Assembly (NCBI GenBank): GCA_937958015.1
Contig: CALGOA010000063.1
Coordinates: 9,079 to 73,078, forward strand
Direction: 5' to 3'
Origin: an uncultured Acidimicrobiales bacterium
GTDB taxonomy: Bacteria; Actinomycetota; Acidimicrobiia; Acidimicrobiales; SZUA-35
DNA length: 64,000 nucleotides
In this document: in pieces, positions 50,987 to 60,507 of the stretch
Numbering within the stretch: the stretch's first letter is position 1
How the letters are laid out: every line of letters begins with the position of its first letter
Position numbers and translations under genes: made by a program
Notes under the pieces: model-generated
What the model was told of the DNA's origin: nothing
The model's database searches: none
What the model saw: the letters and a program-made list of their open reading frames with translations, nothing else

Positions 50987-51963
50987 GCGTGAATCGGTCC
51001 GGTGTGGGAGGACAACGATGCGGGTGGACGGCCGCGACGGACGGCGAGAAACTCCGCCGCCACGGCGACGGCGGTTTCGGCCGGACTCCGCGATCCGAGG
51101 TCCAATCCGACCGGACCGTGGATTCGTGAACGGTCGGTATGGCCCAACGCCTCCAGCCGCTCGGCTCGGGCGGTCTGGGTGTGGCGGGATCCCATGGCGC
51201 CGATGTATCCGACCTCGCTAACGAGTGCCGCAGCGAGCGCGGGGGTGTCCACGTCGGGATCGTGACTCAGCACCAGCAACGCATCGGCGGGGTTGGCGTC
51301 CGCGCAGAAGTCGATAGCCGGTTGGGCGGTGTCGGTCTGAGAAACCTCCCAGCCCATCAACTGACCCTGGGCCGCAAACGCGTCGGCCATCGGCCCTCCA
51401 CCGACGATCATCGTTCGGGTGGTGGGGATAGCGGCGTTGAAGAGCACATCGACGCCATCGACCTCATGGATCTCGGCCACCGAGGCGCCTCCCCGAATGA
51501 TCCGATGGGCGATCGTTGCGGCGGCGTCGTCGTTTACAGCCGCATCCAGAGAGCCGGCAACGCCGTGTGGACTCACGACGAGGTCCGCCCCACTCCCGTC
51601 GGCCGGGGTGGCGATCACGACCGGTTCCGCCGCAGTGAACCACGCGAACGTTTCTGCTGGAAGGTCAGCGAGCGGCGACAGCAGGAGCGTGGCTCGACCA
51701 CCACACACCAACCCCGCGTCACCGGCCTCGGCGTCGGAGATTCCAACCTGCAGCGTATGGCGGGCAGGGTCGGCCTCGACCAGTTGAGCGTCGGCGACGC
51801 CTCGGAGAACCGAACCGTGAACGGTTCGGGAGCCGTCGGCGTCAGCGATCATCACGGCCGCATCGTCACTCTCCCGCAGGCCCACACCCGAGATGCGGAC
51901 CACGCGAACCAACGTTCCGACCCGGGGTTCCAACGTCCGAAAAGGTTCTCGTACCAGTTCCAT
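50983..51963 (-). CDS. XdhC/CoxI-family accessory protein
   Basis: Start chosen at ATG 51963 (MELVREPF). An N-terminal XdhC_CoxI-like segment and a C-terminal Rossmann-like part (MIVGGGPMADAFAAQGQLMGWEV) are present. 4-nt overlap with the sulfotransferase gene. Confidence 0.7.
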   Translation of the reverse strand: MELVREPFRTLEPRVGTLVRVVRISGVGLRESDDAAVMIADADGSRTVHGSVLRGVADAQLVEADPARHTLQVGISDAEAGDAGLVCGGRATLLLSPLADLPAETFAWFTAAEPVVIATPADGSGADLVVSPHGVAGSLDAAVNDDAAATIAHRIIRGGASVAEIHEVDGVDVLFNAAIPTTRTMIVGGGPMADAFAAQGQLMGWEVSQTDTAQPAIDFCADANPADALLVLSHDPDVDTPALAAALVSEVGYIGAMGSRHTQTARAERLEALGHTDRSRIHGPVGLDLGSRSPAETAVAVAAEFLAVRRGRPPASLSSHTGPIHA

Positions 51964-51972
51964 CACCACAGC

Positions 51973-52557
51973 ATGCCGAGAGGCGATACTCTTTGCGCCG
52001 TGGGTTTGATTTGTAGTCGCATAGGTTGCCGCGAAAAGGCAGCCGCCAGCCTTCAGTTCGATGCTGAGCGCTCCACCGCGATCCTCATCGACCTCACCCA
52101 CGCCCGGAACGGGATGCCGTTGTGTGAGCGTCACGCCTCGTCCCGGACCGCCCCCGTTGGCTGGCAAATGGTCGATCGCCGAACCGGAGCTCGCAAGATG
52201 GAGATCTGGTCAGCTGAGCAAGAGGGTCGCCCGGCGCCAGCCTTCGCAGCACCGACCGATCGCCCGGCGCCCAAGCGTCCTTCGGAACCGATGACCCGTC
52301 GGGTCGAGGATCGCGATGGCGAGGACACACCCGCCGCTGCGCCAACACGGTCGGTGCCCGAGGAACGTCCCGCCGCCAAACGACCACAACCTGAACCGGT
52401 GGCGGAGCCCGAACCGGCCCCGGTCACTGCAGCCGACGACGCGCCCCAGAGCGAGTTCCGCTGGCCAAAACAGAGCGATCAGCAGGACGACGAGGACAAG
52501 CAGGACATCGCGGCCGACAGCCCGCTGCTGTCCCGGGCGTTCCGCGCCGCCAAGTAG
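51973..52557 (+). CDS. DUF3499-family protein with an acidic/Pro-rich tail
   Basis: Only the 3' part of track ORF 51139..52557 is credible. CSRIGCREKAAASLQFD...LCERHASSRTAPVGWQMVDRR matches the actinobacterial DUF3499 pattern. The start (ATG 51973 or GTG ~52000) is uncertain. Confidence 0.65.
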   Translation: MPRGDTLCAVGLICSRIGCREKAAASLQFDAERSTAILIDLTHARNGMPLCERHASSRTAPVGWQMVDRRTGARKMEIWSAEQEGRPAPAFAAPTDRPAPKRPSEPMTRRVEDRDGEDTPAAAPTRSVPEERPAAKRPQPEPVAEPEPAPVTAADDAPQSEFRWPKQSDQQDDEDKQDIAADSPLLSRAFRAAK

Positions 52558-52650
52558 GCAAAACCTCAAGTGGACAAAACCTACGGTCTATCGCACGGGT
52601 GGTTCGGCTCGTCCTGACGCTCCCGATTACCCCGAAACGTCGCGATCGTT

Positions 52651-52730
52651 GCTGAACCCGCCCGAAGTGTTCTATTCGAGCGGTTCGGGCGGGTTCGTGC
52701 ACCGAACGAGCGGTTCGGGCGGGTTCGTGG
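52651..52730. repeat. intergenic box repeat, locus C (one forward plus two inverted boxes; perfect 13-bp hairpin)
   Basis: GAACCCGCCCGAA (52654-52666) is the exact reverse complement of TTCGGGCGGGTTC at 52684-52696 and again at 52714-52726. The inverted boxes are 30 nt apart. Confidence 0.8.
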
Positions 52731-52741
52731 TTGAGCGTTCC

Positions 52742-55579
52742 TTACTCGGCGAAGGCCTCCAACGGGGGACAGGAACACTGCAGATTGCGGTCGCCGTGGG
52801 CGTTGTCGATTCGACCGACCGGGGGGAAGTACTTGTCCCTCTCCATTCCCGGCAACGGGAAGGCGGCGTGGGCCCGGGTATAGGGCCGGTCCCATTCTTC
52901 GGTGGTGACATCGGCGGCGGTGTGGGGAGCCCGCCGCAGCACGCTCTGTTCGATCGCCACCTCACCATCGGACACCCGGGCGATCTCGGTCGCGATACCG
53001 ATCATCGAGTCGCAGAAGCGGTCGAGCTCGGCGAGACCCTCACTCTCGGTCGGTTCGATCATGAGGGTGCCGCCGACGGGGAAACTCATCGTTGGTGCAT
53101 GGAACCCGTAGTCGGCCAGTCGTTTGGCGATGTCATCGACGTCCACCCCGGTGCTCTCGTGCAGCGGTCGGATGTCGATGATGCACTCGTGAGCGATGAG
53201 CCCGCCCGGTCCGGTGTAGAGGATCGGAAAGTGTTCCCGGAGTCGGGACGCCACGTAGTTTGCCGCCAGGACGGCGCCTTCGGTGGCTCGCCGTAGCCCT
53301 CGTGGTCCCATCATGCGGATGTACATCCACGAGATGGGCAGGATCCCCGCCGAGCCATAGGCGGCTCCGGAAATTCGACGTTGGGGTTCGTCGGCGGTCG
53401 GTACGTGGGTCTGGGGGAGGAACGGAATCAGGTGTTCGCCGACTCCGATCGGCCCAACCCCGGGACCACCGCCGCCGTGGGGGATACAGAAGGTCTTGTG
53501 GAGATTCAGATGGCTCACGTCGCTACCGAATTGGCCGGGTTGAGCGACACCGACCAGCGCATTGAGGTTGGCACCGTCGGTGTACACCTGACCGCCGGCG
53601 TCGTGCACGAGCGAACAGACCCGAGCGACGGTGTGCTCGTACACGCCATGGGTGCTGGGGTAGGTGATCATGAGGGCCGCGAGTTCGTCGCGGTTGGCTT
53701 CGATCTTGGCTTCCAGATCGGGCATGTCGATGTCGCCGCGTTCGTTGGTCGCGACCACGACCACCTTCATCCCGGCCATGACCGCCGACGCGGCGTTCGT
53801 GCCGTGGGCACTCTGGGGAATCAGACAGATAGTGCGGTGTCCTTCGCCCCGAGCTTCCTGCCAACCCTTGATGGCGAGAAGACCGGCGTATTCGCCCTGG
53901 CTCCCGGCGTTGGGCTGCAGGCTGATGGCGTCGTAGCCGGTTATTTCGGAGAGGTCCCTTTCGAGGTCGTCGATCAGCGCGGCGTACCCGCGGGTTTGGT
54001 TTTCCGGAGCGAACGGGTGGATCGCTGCGAACTCGGGCCAGGTGATCGGTTCCATTTCGGCGGCGGCGTTCAGCTTCATCGTGCACGAACCCAGCGGGAT
54101 CATGGTCCGGTCGAGGGCGAGGTCGCGGTCGGCGAGGCGTCGTAACCATCGGAGCATCTCGTGTTCGCTTTGGAAGCGGTGGAAACGATCGTCGGTTAGG
54201 TACTCCGAGGTTCGTTGCATCGAGGCGGGAATGCCGGGCATCGAACCCGCAGGCGTCTCGTCCTGGTCCCCGGTAATGCCGAAGCTCTCGACCACCGCCT
54301 TGACCGTTTCCATAGTGCAGGTTTCGTCGAATGAGAACGAGACGTGACTGTCATCGATCCGGCGTAGGTTGATGCGGTTCGCGACCGCAGCGTTCACTAC
54401 GGCGTCGGCATCCTCGACTTGCACCGTGATCGTGTCGAAGAAGGTCGGCGGAACCGTGTAGCCGTTCTTCTCGAGCGTCCCGCCCACCATTGCGGTCAGG
54501 TTGTTGATCCGGTCGGCGATGACCTTAAGACCGTCGGGGCCATGCCAGCAGGCGTACGACGCGGCGACGTTGGCGAGCAGTGCCTGGGCGGTGCAGATGT
54601 TGCTGGTGGCCTTGTCCCGTCGGATGTGTTGTTCGCGGGTCTGGAGGGCCAGTCGGTAGGCGGGATCGCCGTGGCTGTCGATGCTGACACCCACCAGGCG
54701 GCCGGGCAGTGAACGGGCGTGTTTTTCGCGTGTCGCCATGAATCCAGCGTGGGGCCCACCGAACCCCATCGGCACGCCGAACCGCTGTGCACTGCCGACC
54801 ACCACGTCGGCTCCCAGTTCGCCCGGTGAAACGCCGAGCGTGCAGTAGAACAGATCGGTTGTCACCGCGACCGAGGCTCCGCCGGCGTGGATCGATTCGA
54901 TGATGGGACCGAGGTCCCGCACGATGCCCGAGGAGCCGGGCTGGGCGATGAGGGCGCCGTAGATGTCGTCGGGCACCAGGTCGGTTGCCGGGTCGCCGAC
55001 GGTGATGTTGATGCCCAGGGGCTCCGCCCGAGTCCGACAGACGGCGATGGTCTGGGGATGGCAGTCCTCGTCGACAAAGAAGCCGGTTCGTTTCGTGCGG
55101 TCCAGTCGCCGCAGCATGGTCATCGCCTCTGCGGATGCGGTTGCCTCATCGAGCAACGATGCGTTTGCGAGTTCGCAGCCTGTCAGGTCGGCGATCATCG
55201 TCTGAAAGACCAGCAGCATCTCGAGCCGGCCCTGGCTGATCTCGGGTTGGTAGGGCGTGTAGGCGGTGTACCAGGCCGGGTTCTCGATCATGTTGCGACG
55301 GATCACGGCCGGGGTGATCGTTGCGTTCCACCCCTGTCCGAGCAGACTGGTGAAGACCTCGTTCTGGTCGGCATAGGACCGCAGCAGCGCCAGTGCCTCG
55401 GTTTCATCCAGAGCATCGGGGAGTGAAAGAAGTCCCTTCAGATGGATGTCGTCGGGCACGGCCGCTTCCAACAGGTCGGAGGCGGTGGCATAACCGAGAC
55501 CGGCCAGCATCTTGGCCTGGTCGTCCGAGGTGAGGCTGACGTGGCGGTCGGCGAAGTTGTGATGGCGTGGACTGTTCAT
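52742..55579 (-). CDS. gcvP: glycine dehydrogenase (decarboxylating), glycine cleavage system P protein
   Basis: 945 aa single-chain P protein with typical N- and C-terminal halves (e.g. [12 protein letters not shown].., [19 protein letters not shown] with the PLP lysine region). Confidence 0.97.
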   Translation of the reverse strand: MNSPRHHNFADRHVSLTSDDQAKMLAGLGYATASDLLEAAVPDDIHLKGLLSLPDALDETEALALLRSYADQNEVFTSLLGQGWNATITPAVIRRNMIENPAWYTAYTPYQPEISQGRLEMLLVFQTMIADLTGCELANASLLDEATASAEAMTMLRRLDRTKRTGFFVDEDCHPQTIAVCRTRAEPLGINITVGDPATDLVPDDIYGALIAQPGSSGIVRDLGPIIESIHAGGASVAVTTDLFYCTLGVSPGELGADVVVGSAQRFGVPMGFGGPHAGFMATREKHARSLPGRLVGVSIDSHGDPAYRLALQTREQHIRRDKATSNICTAQALLANVAASYACWHGPDGLKVIADRINNLTAMVGGTLEKNGYTVPPTFFDTITVQVEDADAVVNAAVANRINLRRIDDSHVSFSFDETCTMETVKAVVESFGITGDQDETPAGSMPGIPASMQRTSEYLTDDRFHRFQSEHEMLRWLRRLADRDLALDRTMIPLGSCTMKLNAAAEMEPITWPEFAAIHPFAPENQTRGYAALIDDLERDLSEITGYDAISLQPNAGSQGEYAGLLAIKGWQEARGEGHRTICLIPQSAHGTNAASAVMAGMKVVVVATNERGDIDMPDLEAKIEANRDELAALMITYPSTHGVYEHTVARVCSLVHDAGGQVYTDGANLNALVGVAQPGQFGSDVSHLNLHKTFCIPHGGGGPGVGPIGVGEHLIPFLPQTHVPTADEPQRRISGAAYGSAGILPISWMYIRMMGPRGLRRATEGAVLAANYVASRLREHFPILYTGPGGLIAHECIIDIRPLHESTGVDVDDIAKRLADYGFHAPTMSFPVGGTLMIEPTESEGLAELDRFCDSMIGIATEIARVSDGEVAIEQSVLRRAPHTAADVTTEEWDRPYTRAHAAFPLPGMERDKYFPPVGRIDNAHGDRNLQCSCPPLEAFAE

Positions 55580-55582
55580 GAA

Positions 55583-56704
55583 TCAGGCTCCTCGATGGAA
55601 ACGATGGGGGACGAATGGCAGGGGTGCAACGACGCAGGGCACGTCGTTGCCCCGAACGTCGGCGATCAGTTCGGTGCCGATTTCGGAAAGGGCTGGAGGT
55701 ACGAACCCCATGGCGACGGGCGCTTCAACCGTGGGCCCGAACCCGCCGCTGGAGACCACACCGATCGGCTCGGAGGTACCCCGGGTGCGAAGAGAAGCGC
55801 CGTCGCGGACCGGACGGCGTCCCTGTGGCGCCAGCCCTACTCGAATTCGTGATGGGCCCGATTCCCACTCCGACAGGATGCGTTCGGCACCCGGGAAGTC
55901 GGCGGCCTCCCGCCGCCGTTTGGGGATGGTCCATCGGAGATCGGCTTCGACGGGTGAGATGGTTTCATCGAGGTCGTTGCCGTAGAGGCACAACCCTGCT
56001 TCAAGCCGCAGAGTGTCGCGCGCCCCCAGGCCTGCGGGCTTCACCCGCTCGTCGGCTAGTAACGCTCGGGCCAACGCCTCGGCGTTTTCTGATGCGACGG
56101 CGATTTCGAAGCCATCCTCGCCGGTGTATCCGGCCCGGAATGCGGCGGTCTGGAAGCCGCCCAGTTCCGCCATTCGGGCGTCCAGAAAGACCGTGTCGGC
56201 TAACGAGGGGTCCATGCCGACGACCACGGATGCGGCCTCGGGACCCTGGAGTGCCAACAGCGCAATCTCGGGTTTCGGACGCACCTCGATCGAATACTGT
56301 TCCAACCGTTCGGTGAGGTGGGGAATGTCGACGCCGGCCCTCGATGCGTTCACGACCAGCGTGAAGTGGTTCCCCCAGTTGATCGCCATGAAATCGTCGA
56401 TAACGCCGCCGTCGTCGTTGGTGAGCAGCCCATACCGTTGGCGGCCCGAGGCAAGCGTTGTGAAGCCGGCGGGTGAAACCGATTCGAGGGCGGCGGCCGG
56501 ATCGTCTCCCCACAACTCGACAACCGCCATGTGGGCGACATCGAACAACACGGCACTGGATCGGCACCAGTTGTGTTCTGCGACGACGCCCTGGTACTGG
56601 ATTGGCATCTCCCACCCGGCGAAGGGCACCAGCCGACCACCGAGTTCGGTGTGGAGTGCATGAAGCGGTGTCGTCTGTAGATCGGACGGTTCTGGATTGG
56701 ACAT
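55583..56704 (-). CDS. gcvT: aminomethyltransferase, glycine cleavage system T protein
   Basis: TPLHALHTELGGRLVPFAGWEMPIQY is the canonical GcvT N-terminus. ATG at 56704 is preceded by GAGG 6 nt upstream; the track uses TTG at 56716. Confidence 0.95.
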   Translation of the reverse strand: MSNPEPSDLQTTPLHALHTELGGRLVPFAGWEMPIQYQGVVAEHNWCRSSAVLFDVAHMAVVELWGDDPAAALESVSPAGFTTLASGRQRYGLLTNDDGGVIDDFMAINWGNHFTLVVNASRAGVDIPHLTERLEQYSIEVRPKPEIALLALQGPEAASVVVGMDPSLADTVFLDARMAELGGFQTAAFRAGYTGEDGFEIAVASENAEALARALLADERVKPAGLGARDTLRLEAGLCLYGNDLDETISPVEADLRWTIPKRRREAADFPGAERILSEWESGPSRIRVGLAPQGRRPVRDGASLRTRGTSEPIGVVSSGGFGPTVEAPVAMGFVPPALSEIGTELIADVRGNDVPCVVAPLPFVPHRFHRGA

Positions 56705-56731
56705 TGGGCACCTCAATGGTCGGGAGAAGTA

Positions 56732-56897
56732 CCCCCTCTGTCATTGGTGCCTGAGAGCATTGCCCCTTCGGCGGTTGGCGGTGCCAACTCTCTCCAGAGG
56801 AGCCGGGATGCAGTGCGGTACATGGGCCTGAGAGTTTCCGGGGTGGTTGCTCCTTCGGCGGCCGGGTTCGGACCGGCACTCTCCCACACTGCCGTGC
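56732..56897 (-). promoter_or_regulatory. tandem glycine riboswitch (two aptamers) in the gcvT leader
   Basis: The minus-strand RNA reads GGGAGAGUGCCGG...GCCGCCGAAGGAGCAACC...CUCUCAGG, followed by CUCUGGAGAGAGUUGGCACCGCC...CCGAAGGGGCAAUGCUCUCAGGCACCAAUGACAG. This matches the conserved cores of both glycine aptamers. Confidence 0.9.
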
Positions 56898-56954
56898 GGC
56901 TCATTGAGAAAGGTAGCAGCCCCTCGCCGTTGAGCAAGCTACTCGGGTGTCGGG

Positions 56955-57383
56955 TTGGCATCGATACCGTTCACGAACATGGCTGAGCCTCCGGTACTGC
57001 CGGTTCGCGAGATAGGAACCACCATCGCCGAAGACGGAGAACGGCTTCCGACCGCTGTCATCGATGTGGCCGGTCATCCCGAGGTTGCCGACTTGGCTCG
57101 GGTTCATGCCACCGATGGGATTGGCGACATCACCACCGAGGCGTTGTGTCTGCCATGGGGCGAGGGTCACCAGTTATTGCTGGGGGTGCGGGTCACGGTG
57201 CCTGTTGTCTGCACCTTTGTGTTGGCGTTCGACCTGCCTGCTCAACGGCAGGTGGTCGACGCCGCCATGGTGTCTGAGCGCCTGGTGGTCGCAACGACCG
57301 ATCCGGCGGCGGCCGTCCTCGATCAGCCGCTGTGGTTGGCTATCGACCTCGACGCTGAAGCCGTTGCGGCCGTGCTTCCGTAA
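56955..57383 (+). CDS. hypothetical protein
   Basis: 142 aa ORF divergent from the gcv leader. Codon usage looks coding and no motif was recognised. ATG at 56979 is an alternative start. Confidence 0.45.
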   Translation: MASIPFTNMAEPPVLPVREIGTTIAEDGERLPTAVIDVAGHPEVADLARVHATDGIGDITTEALCLPWGEGHQLLLGVRVTVPVVCTFVLAFDLPAQRQVVDAAMVSERLVVATTDPAAAVLDQPLWLAIDLDAEAVAAVLP

Positions 57384-57410
57384 CGCGCAACCGTTTGGTA
57401 GCGTATTGAT

Positions 57411-58325
57411 ATGACTCGTCCCTTCCGCTTCGCCGTTCAGCGTTCGTCGCTCACCACCCGGGCCGAGGTCGAGCGGTTCGCCGCGATCGCCGAAAGCAAC
57501 GGGTTCGAGGAGTACTACACCTCGGACCATCTGGGTGACGAGGATCCGTTCATCTCGCTGATGATTGCGGCCGCGGCGGCGCCGTCGCTGAAGGTTGGTC
57601 CCCTCGTCCTCAACAACGAGTTTCATCATCCGGTCCTTCTGGCCCGGACGGCCGCGTCCGTCGACCGATTTACCGATGGCCGTCTCATCCTCGGTCTTGG
57701 CACCGGATACATGCAGTCCGAACACGATGCGGCGGGAATCGAGTTGCGTGCTCCGGGGGAGCGGGTCACCCGTTTCGAACAGTCCATTCGGGCCCTCCGT
57801 GAACTTCTCGACTCGCAGACCTGCCACATGGAAACCGAGCACCACCGGCTCGCCATCGATGACCTTGGGGTTGCTCCGGTGGCCCGAGTTCCGTTCCTCA
57901 TCGGAGGGTTCGGCCGTCGCGTCGTTGGCATCGCAGGCCGTCACGCCGACATCTACCAGTTCACCGGGCTCGGCCACGGACCGGATGGGTCACCGATGCC
58001 GGTCGGTTTCCGAATGCCCGATGTGGTGCAGCGCGCCAGATGGCTGACCGACGCGGCGGGGGATCGGATCGATCACATCGAACGGTCCGCCCTCGTGCAG
58101 CGGACCGAGGTCGGCGCCGATGCATCGGCCGTTCGGTCCGAACTCGCCGAACGATGGGATATGTCCCTAACCGAGGTGGATGAGTCTCCGTTCGTTCTGG
58201 TGGGATCGGTCGAACAGATCATCGACAAAATCGAAGGACTGCGCGAACGGCTTGGAATCAGTCACTTCGTGGTGCGGGATCCCGAGGCGATGGCGCCGGT
58301 CGTCGCCGCCTTGGCCGGCCGCTAG
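57411..58325 (+). CDS. LLM-class F420-dependent oxidoreductase (TIGR03621-like)
   Basis: MTRPFRFAVQ..., YTSDHL, LKVGPLVLNNEFHHP and GRLILGLGTGYM, the typical luciferase-like F420 subgroup pattern. Confidence 0.85.
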   Translation: MTRPFRFAVQRSSLTTRAEVERFAAIAESNGFEEYYTSDHLGDEDPFISLMIAAAAAPSLKVGPLVLNNEFHHPVLLARTAASVDRFTDGRLILGLGTGYMQSEHDAAGIELRAPGERVTRFEQSIRALRELLDSQTCHMETEHHRLAIDDLGVAPVARVPFLIGGFGRRVVGIAGRHADIYQFTGLGHGPDGSPMPVGFRMPDVVQRARWLTDAAGDRIDHIERSALVQRTEVGADASAVRSELAERWDMSLTEVDESPFVLVGSVEQIIDKIEGLRERLGISHFVVRDPEAMAPVVAALAGR

Positions 58326-58368
58326 ACCACTAGGCGTTAGGCCAAGACACAAGCGGCATACTGGCGCC

Positions 58369-59250
58369 GTGACTGGGTTGACGATCGTTCTGGATCCTGG
58401 CAGTGAAGACGAGACGTGGGCCGAACTGCTTCGGGCCGAGTTTCCCGAGGCGACGATCGTGGGGGCCGACGATTCGGTCGAGCCGGCATCGGTCGACTTC
58501 CTCGTCAACTGGAAACACCCGGTCGAGCGGATCCTTGGGTACCCGAACCTGAAGGCGATGGTGCTGAGCAGTGCCGGCTTTGATCACCTGCCCGCGGATC
58601 TGCTGAACCGGGTACCTGCGGTCCGGCTGATCGATCCGGGCATGTCGGCCGACATCGCCACGTATTGCCTCGGCTGGATCATTCACTTCCAACGAGACTT
58701 CGATGTGTTTGCTCAGAACGCCACGACGGGACGATGGCGCAAGACCCGACCCCGGTTTCCCTCCGATGTGGTCGTCGGGGTGCTGGGGCGGGGAACCATC
58801 GGATCGGTGGTGCTCGACACGGTGGCCGCCCACGGATTTCAGACGATCGGCTGGTCTCGTTCCGACAACGACCGACCCCTTCTGCAGTTCTATGCCGACT
58901 GCGATGTGGTGATCAACCTGCTGCCCTACAGCACTGCCACCCACCATGCGGTCGGAGCCGAGCAGTTGTCGGCGTTGGATGATGGCGTGCTCATCAACGT
59001 GGGCCGGGGCGCAACCGTTGACAACGATGCGCTTCTGGTCGCACTGGAGGGACCGATGCGGGCCGCCGTGCTCGACGTCTTCGAGACCGAACCGCTCCCG
59101 CAGGACAGCCCACTGTGGACCCATCCCAAGGTCACCGTGACTCCCCACATCGCCGGCCGGACCGACCCCCATACGGCGAGCGCGGTTGTGGCTTCCTCGA
59201 TCCGGTCTCTACTCGCCGGCGAAACCCCCGCCGGACTGATCCACCCCTGA
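58369..59250 (+). CDS. D-2-hydroxyacid dehydrogenase family (glyoxylate/hydroxypyruvate reductase A-like)
   Basis: In-frame GTG at 58369 after the upstream stop. NAD motif GVLGRGTIGSVV, catalytic region NVGRGATVD...DVFETEPLP...VTPHIAG. Confidence 0.85.
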   Translation: MTGLTIVLDPGSEDETWAELLRAEFPEATIVGADDSVEPASVDFLVNWKHPVERILGYPNLKAMVLSSAGFDHLPADLLNRVPAVRLIDPGMSADIATYCLGWIIHFQRDFDVFAQNATTGRWRKTRPRFPSDVVVGVLGRGTIGSVVLDTVAAHGFQTIGWSRSDNDRPLLQFYADCDVVINLLPYSTATHHAVGAEQLSALDDGVLINVGRGATVDNDALLVALEGPMRAAVLDVFETEPLPQDSPLWTHPKVTVTPHIAGRTDPHTASAVVASSIRSLLAGETPAGLIHP

Positions 59251-59336
59251 GCCAACCCCCGAGCTTTCTGTCTGCTGTGGACCACATTCCGCCCAAATTT
59301 GGGGGCTTTTGTAGCGGGTGGCAGACAGAAGGGTGG

Positions 59337-60416
59337 TTATTCGAGGGCGGAAGCGAAGAGTTCGAGCATGCTGGGTGGGCCGCTCAGGAGGAAGGTCGTG
59401 ATGCAGCTCTTACGCCACTCGGACAGTTCTTCCTGGATCTTTGGGATCGGTCCCACGAGCGCCACGTCCTCCACCATCTGCAACGGAATCGACGCGATGG
59501 CTTCGTCCTTGCGGCCTTCGAGATACAGCTCCTGCACCCGGGTGGCCACGTCTTCGTACCCCATGCGGGCGAAGACGTCGAAGTGGAAGTTGGCTTCTTT
59601 GGCTCCCATTCCGCCGGCGTACAACGCAAGCACCGGGCGAATCCGGTCGGCGGCCTTTTCCACATCATCGTCCGGGGAAACCCACAGCGGTGAACAGACT
59701 TCGAAACGGTCGGCTTTGCCGTCTTCGCCCGATGCCTCGAATCCCTGCTTCAGGCGATCCCGATACCAGGCATCTTCCTTGGGTGTGAAGAACAGCGGCA
59801 ACCAGCCATCGCAGATCTCGGCCGACAGCGACACGTTCTTGGGACCCTCGGCCGCCAGGTAGATCGGGATGTCGGGTCGCCGGGGATGCAGGGTCGACTT
59901 CAGTGGTTTACCAAGGTTGGTGCCGCCGTCGTAGGGGAGTTGGTAGTGGGCCCCAGCGAACTCGACCGGGCCTTGGCGGGCGAAGATGTCCCGCATGATC
60001 GCCACATACTCCCGGGTGCGCGCCAGCGGCTTTGGGTAGGGCTGTCCGTACCAGCCCTCAACCACCTGGGGTCCGGAGGCGCCGATGCCCAGAATCATCC
60101 GACCGTCGGAGAGGTGATCCATCGTCATGGCTGCCATGGCGGTGGCGGCGGGGGTTCGGGCTGACATCTGGGCGATTCCGGTGCCCAGTTTCACGTTCGT
60201 GGTGTTGGCGCCCCACCAGGCCAGGGGGGTGAAGCAGTCCGAGCCATACGCCTCGGCGGTCCAGACCGAGTCAAAGCCGAGCCGATCGGCCTCTTTGACC
60301 CCCTCAAGGGCGTCAACCGGCGGGCCCGAACTCCAGTAGCCGACCGAATATCCGAGCTTGACCTTCTTCTCTGTCGTCACGGCAACGACCATAGGCCGTT
60401 CTATGGCGAACGGCAT
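59337..60416 (-). CDS. LLM-class F420-dependent oxidoreductase
   Basis: KLGYSVGYW, FDSVWTAEAYGSD and GRMILGIGASGPQVVEGWYG, typical of the actinobacterial F420-dependent LLM subgroup. Confidence 0.85.
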   Translation of the reverse strand: MPFAIERPMVVAVTTEKKVKLGYSVGYWSSGPPVDALEGVKEADRLGFDSVWTAEAYGSDCFTPLAWWGANTTNVKLGTGIAQMSARTPAATAMAAMTMDHLSDGRMILGIGASGPQVVEGWYGQPYPKPLARTREYVAIMRDIFARQGPVEFAGAHYQLPYDGGTNLGKPLKSTLHPRRPDIPIYLAAEGPKNVSLSAEICDGWLPLFFTPKEDAWYRDRLKQGFEASGEDGKADRFEVCSPLWVSPDDDVEKAADRIRPVLALYAGGMGAKEANFHFDVFARMGYEDVATRVQELYLEGRKDEAIASIPLQMVEDVALVGPIPKIQEELSEWRKSCITTFLLSGPPSMLELFASALE

Positions 60417-60507
60417 ACTTCACCGGCCGGGCTCGGCGTGCGGGTGTGAACGGCGATCTTGGCGTCTCGGTCCTCTGGCGTGGGCGGGATGCCCGTAGGG
60501 TGACGAG

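Noticed and set aside
51139-51972. The N-terminal ~278 codons of track ORF 51139..52557.
   Set aside because: This part is antisense to the XdhC-family gene. The recognisable DUF3499 sequence begins only near 51973-52000.
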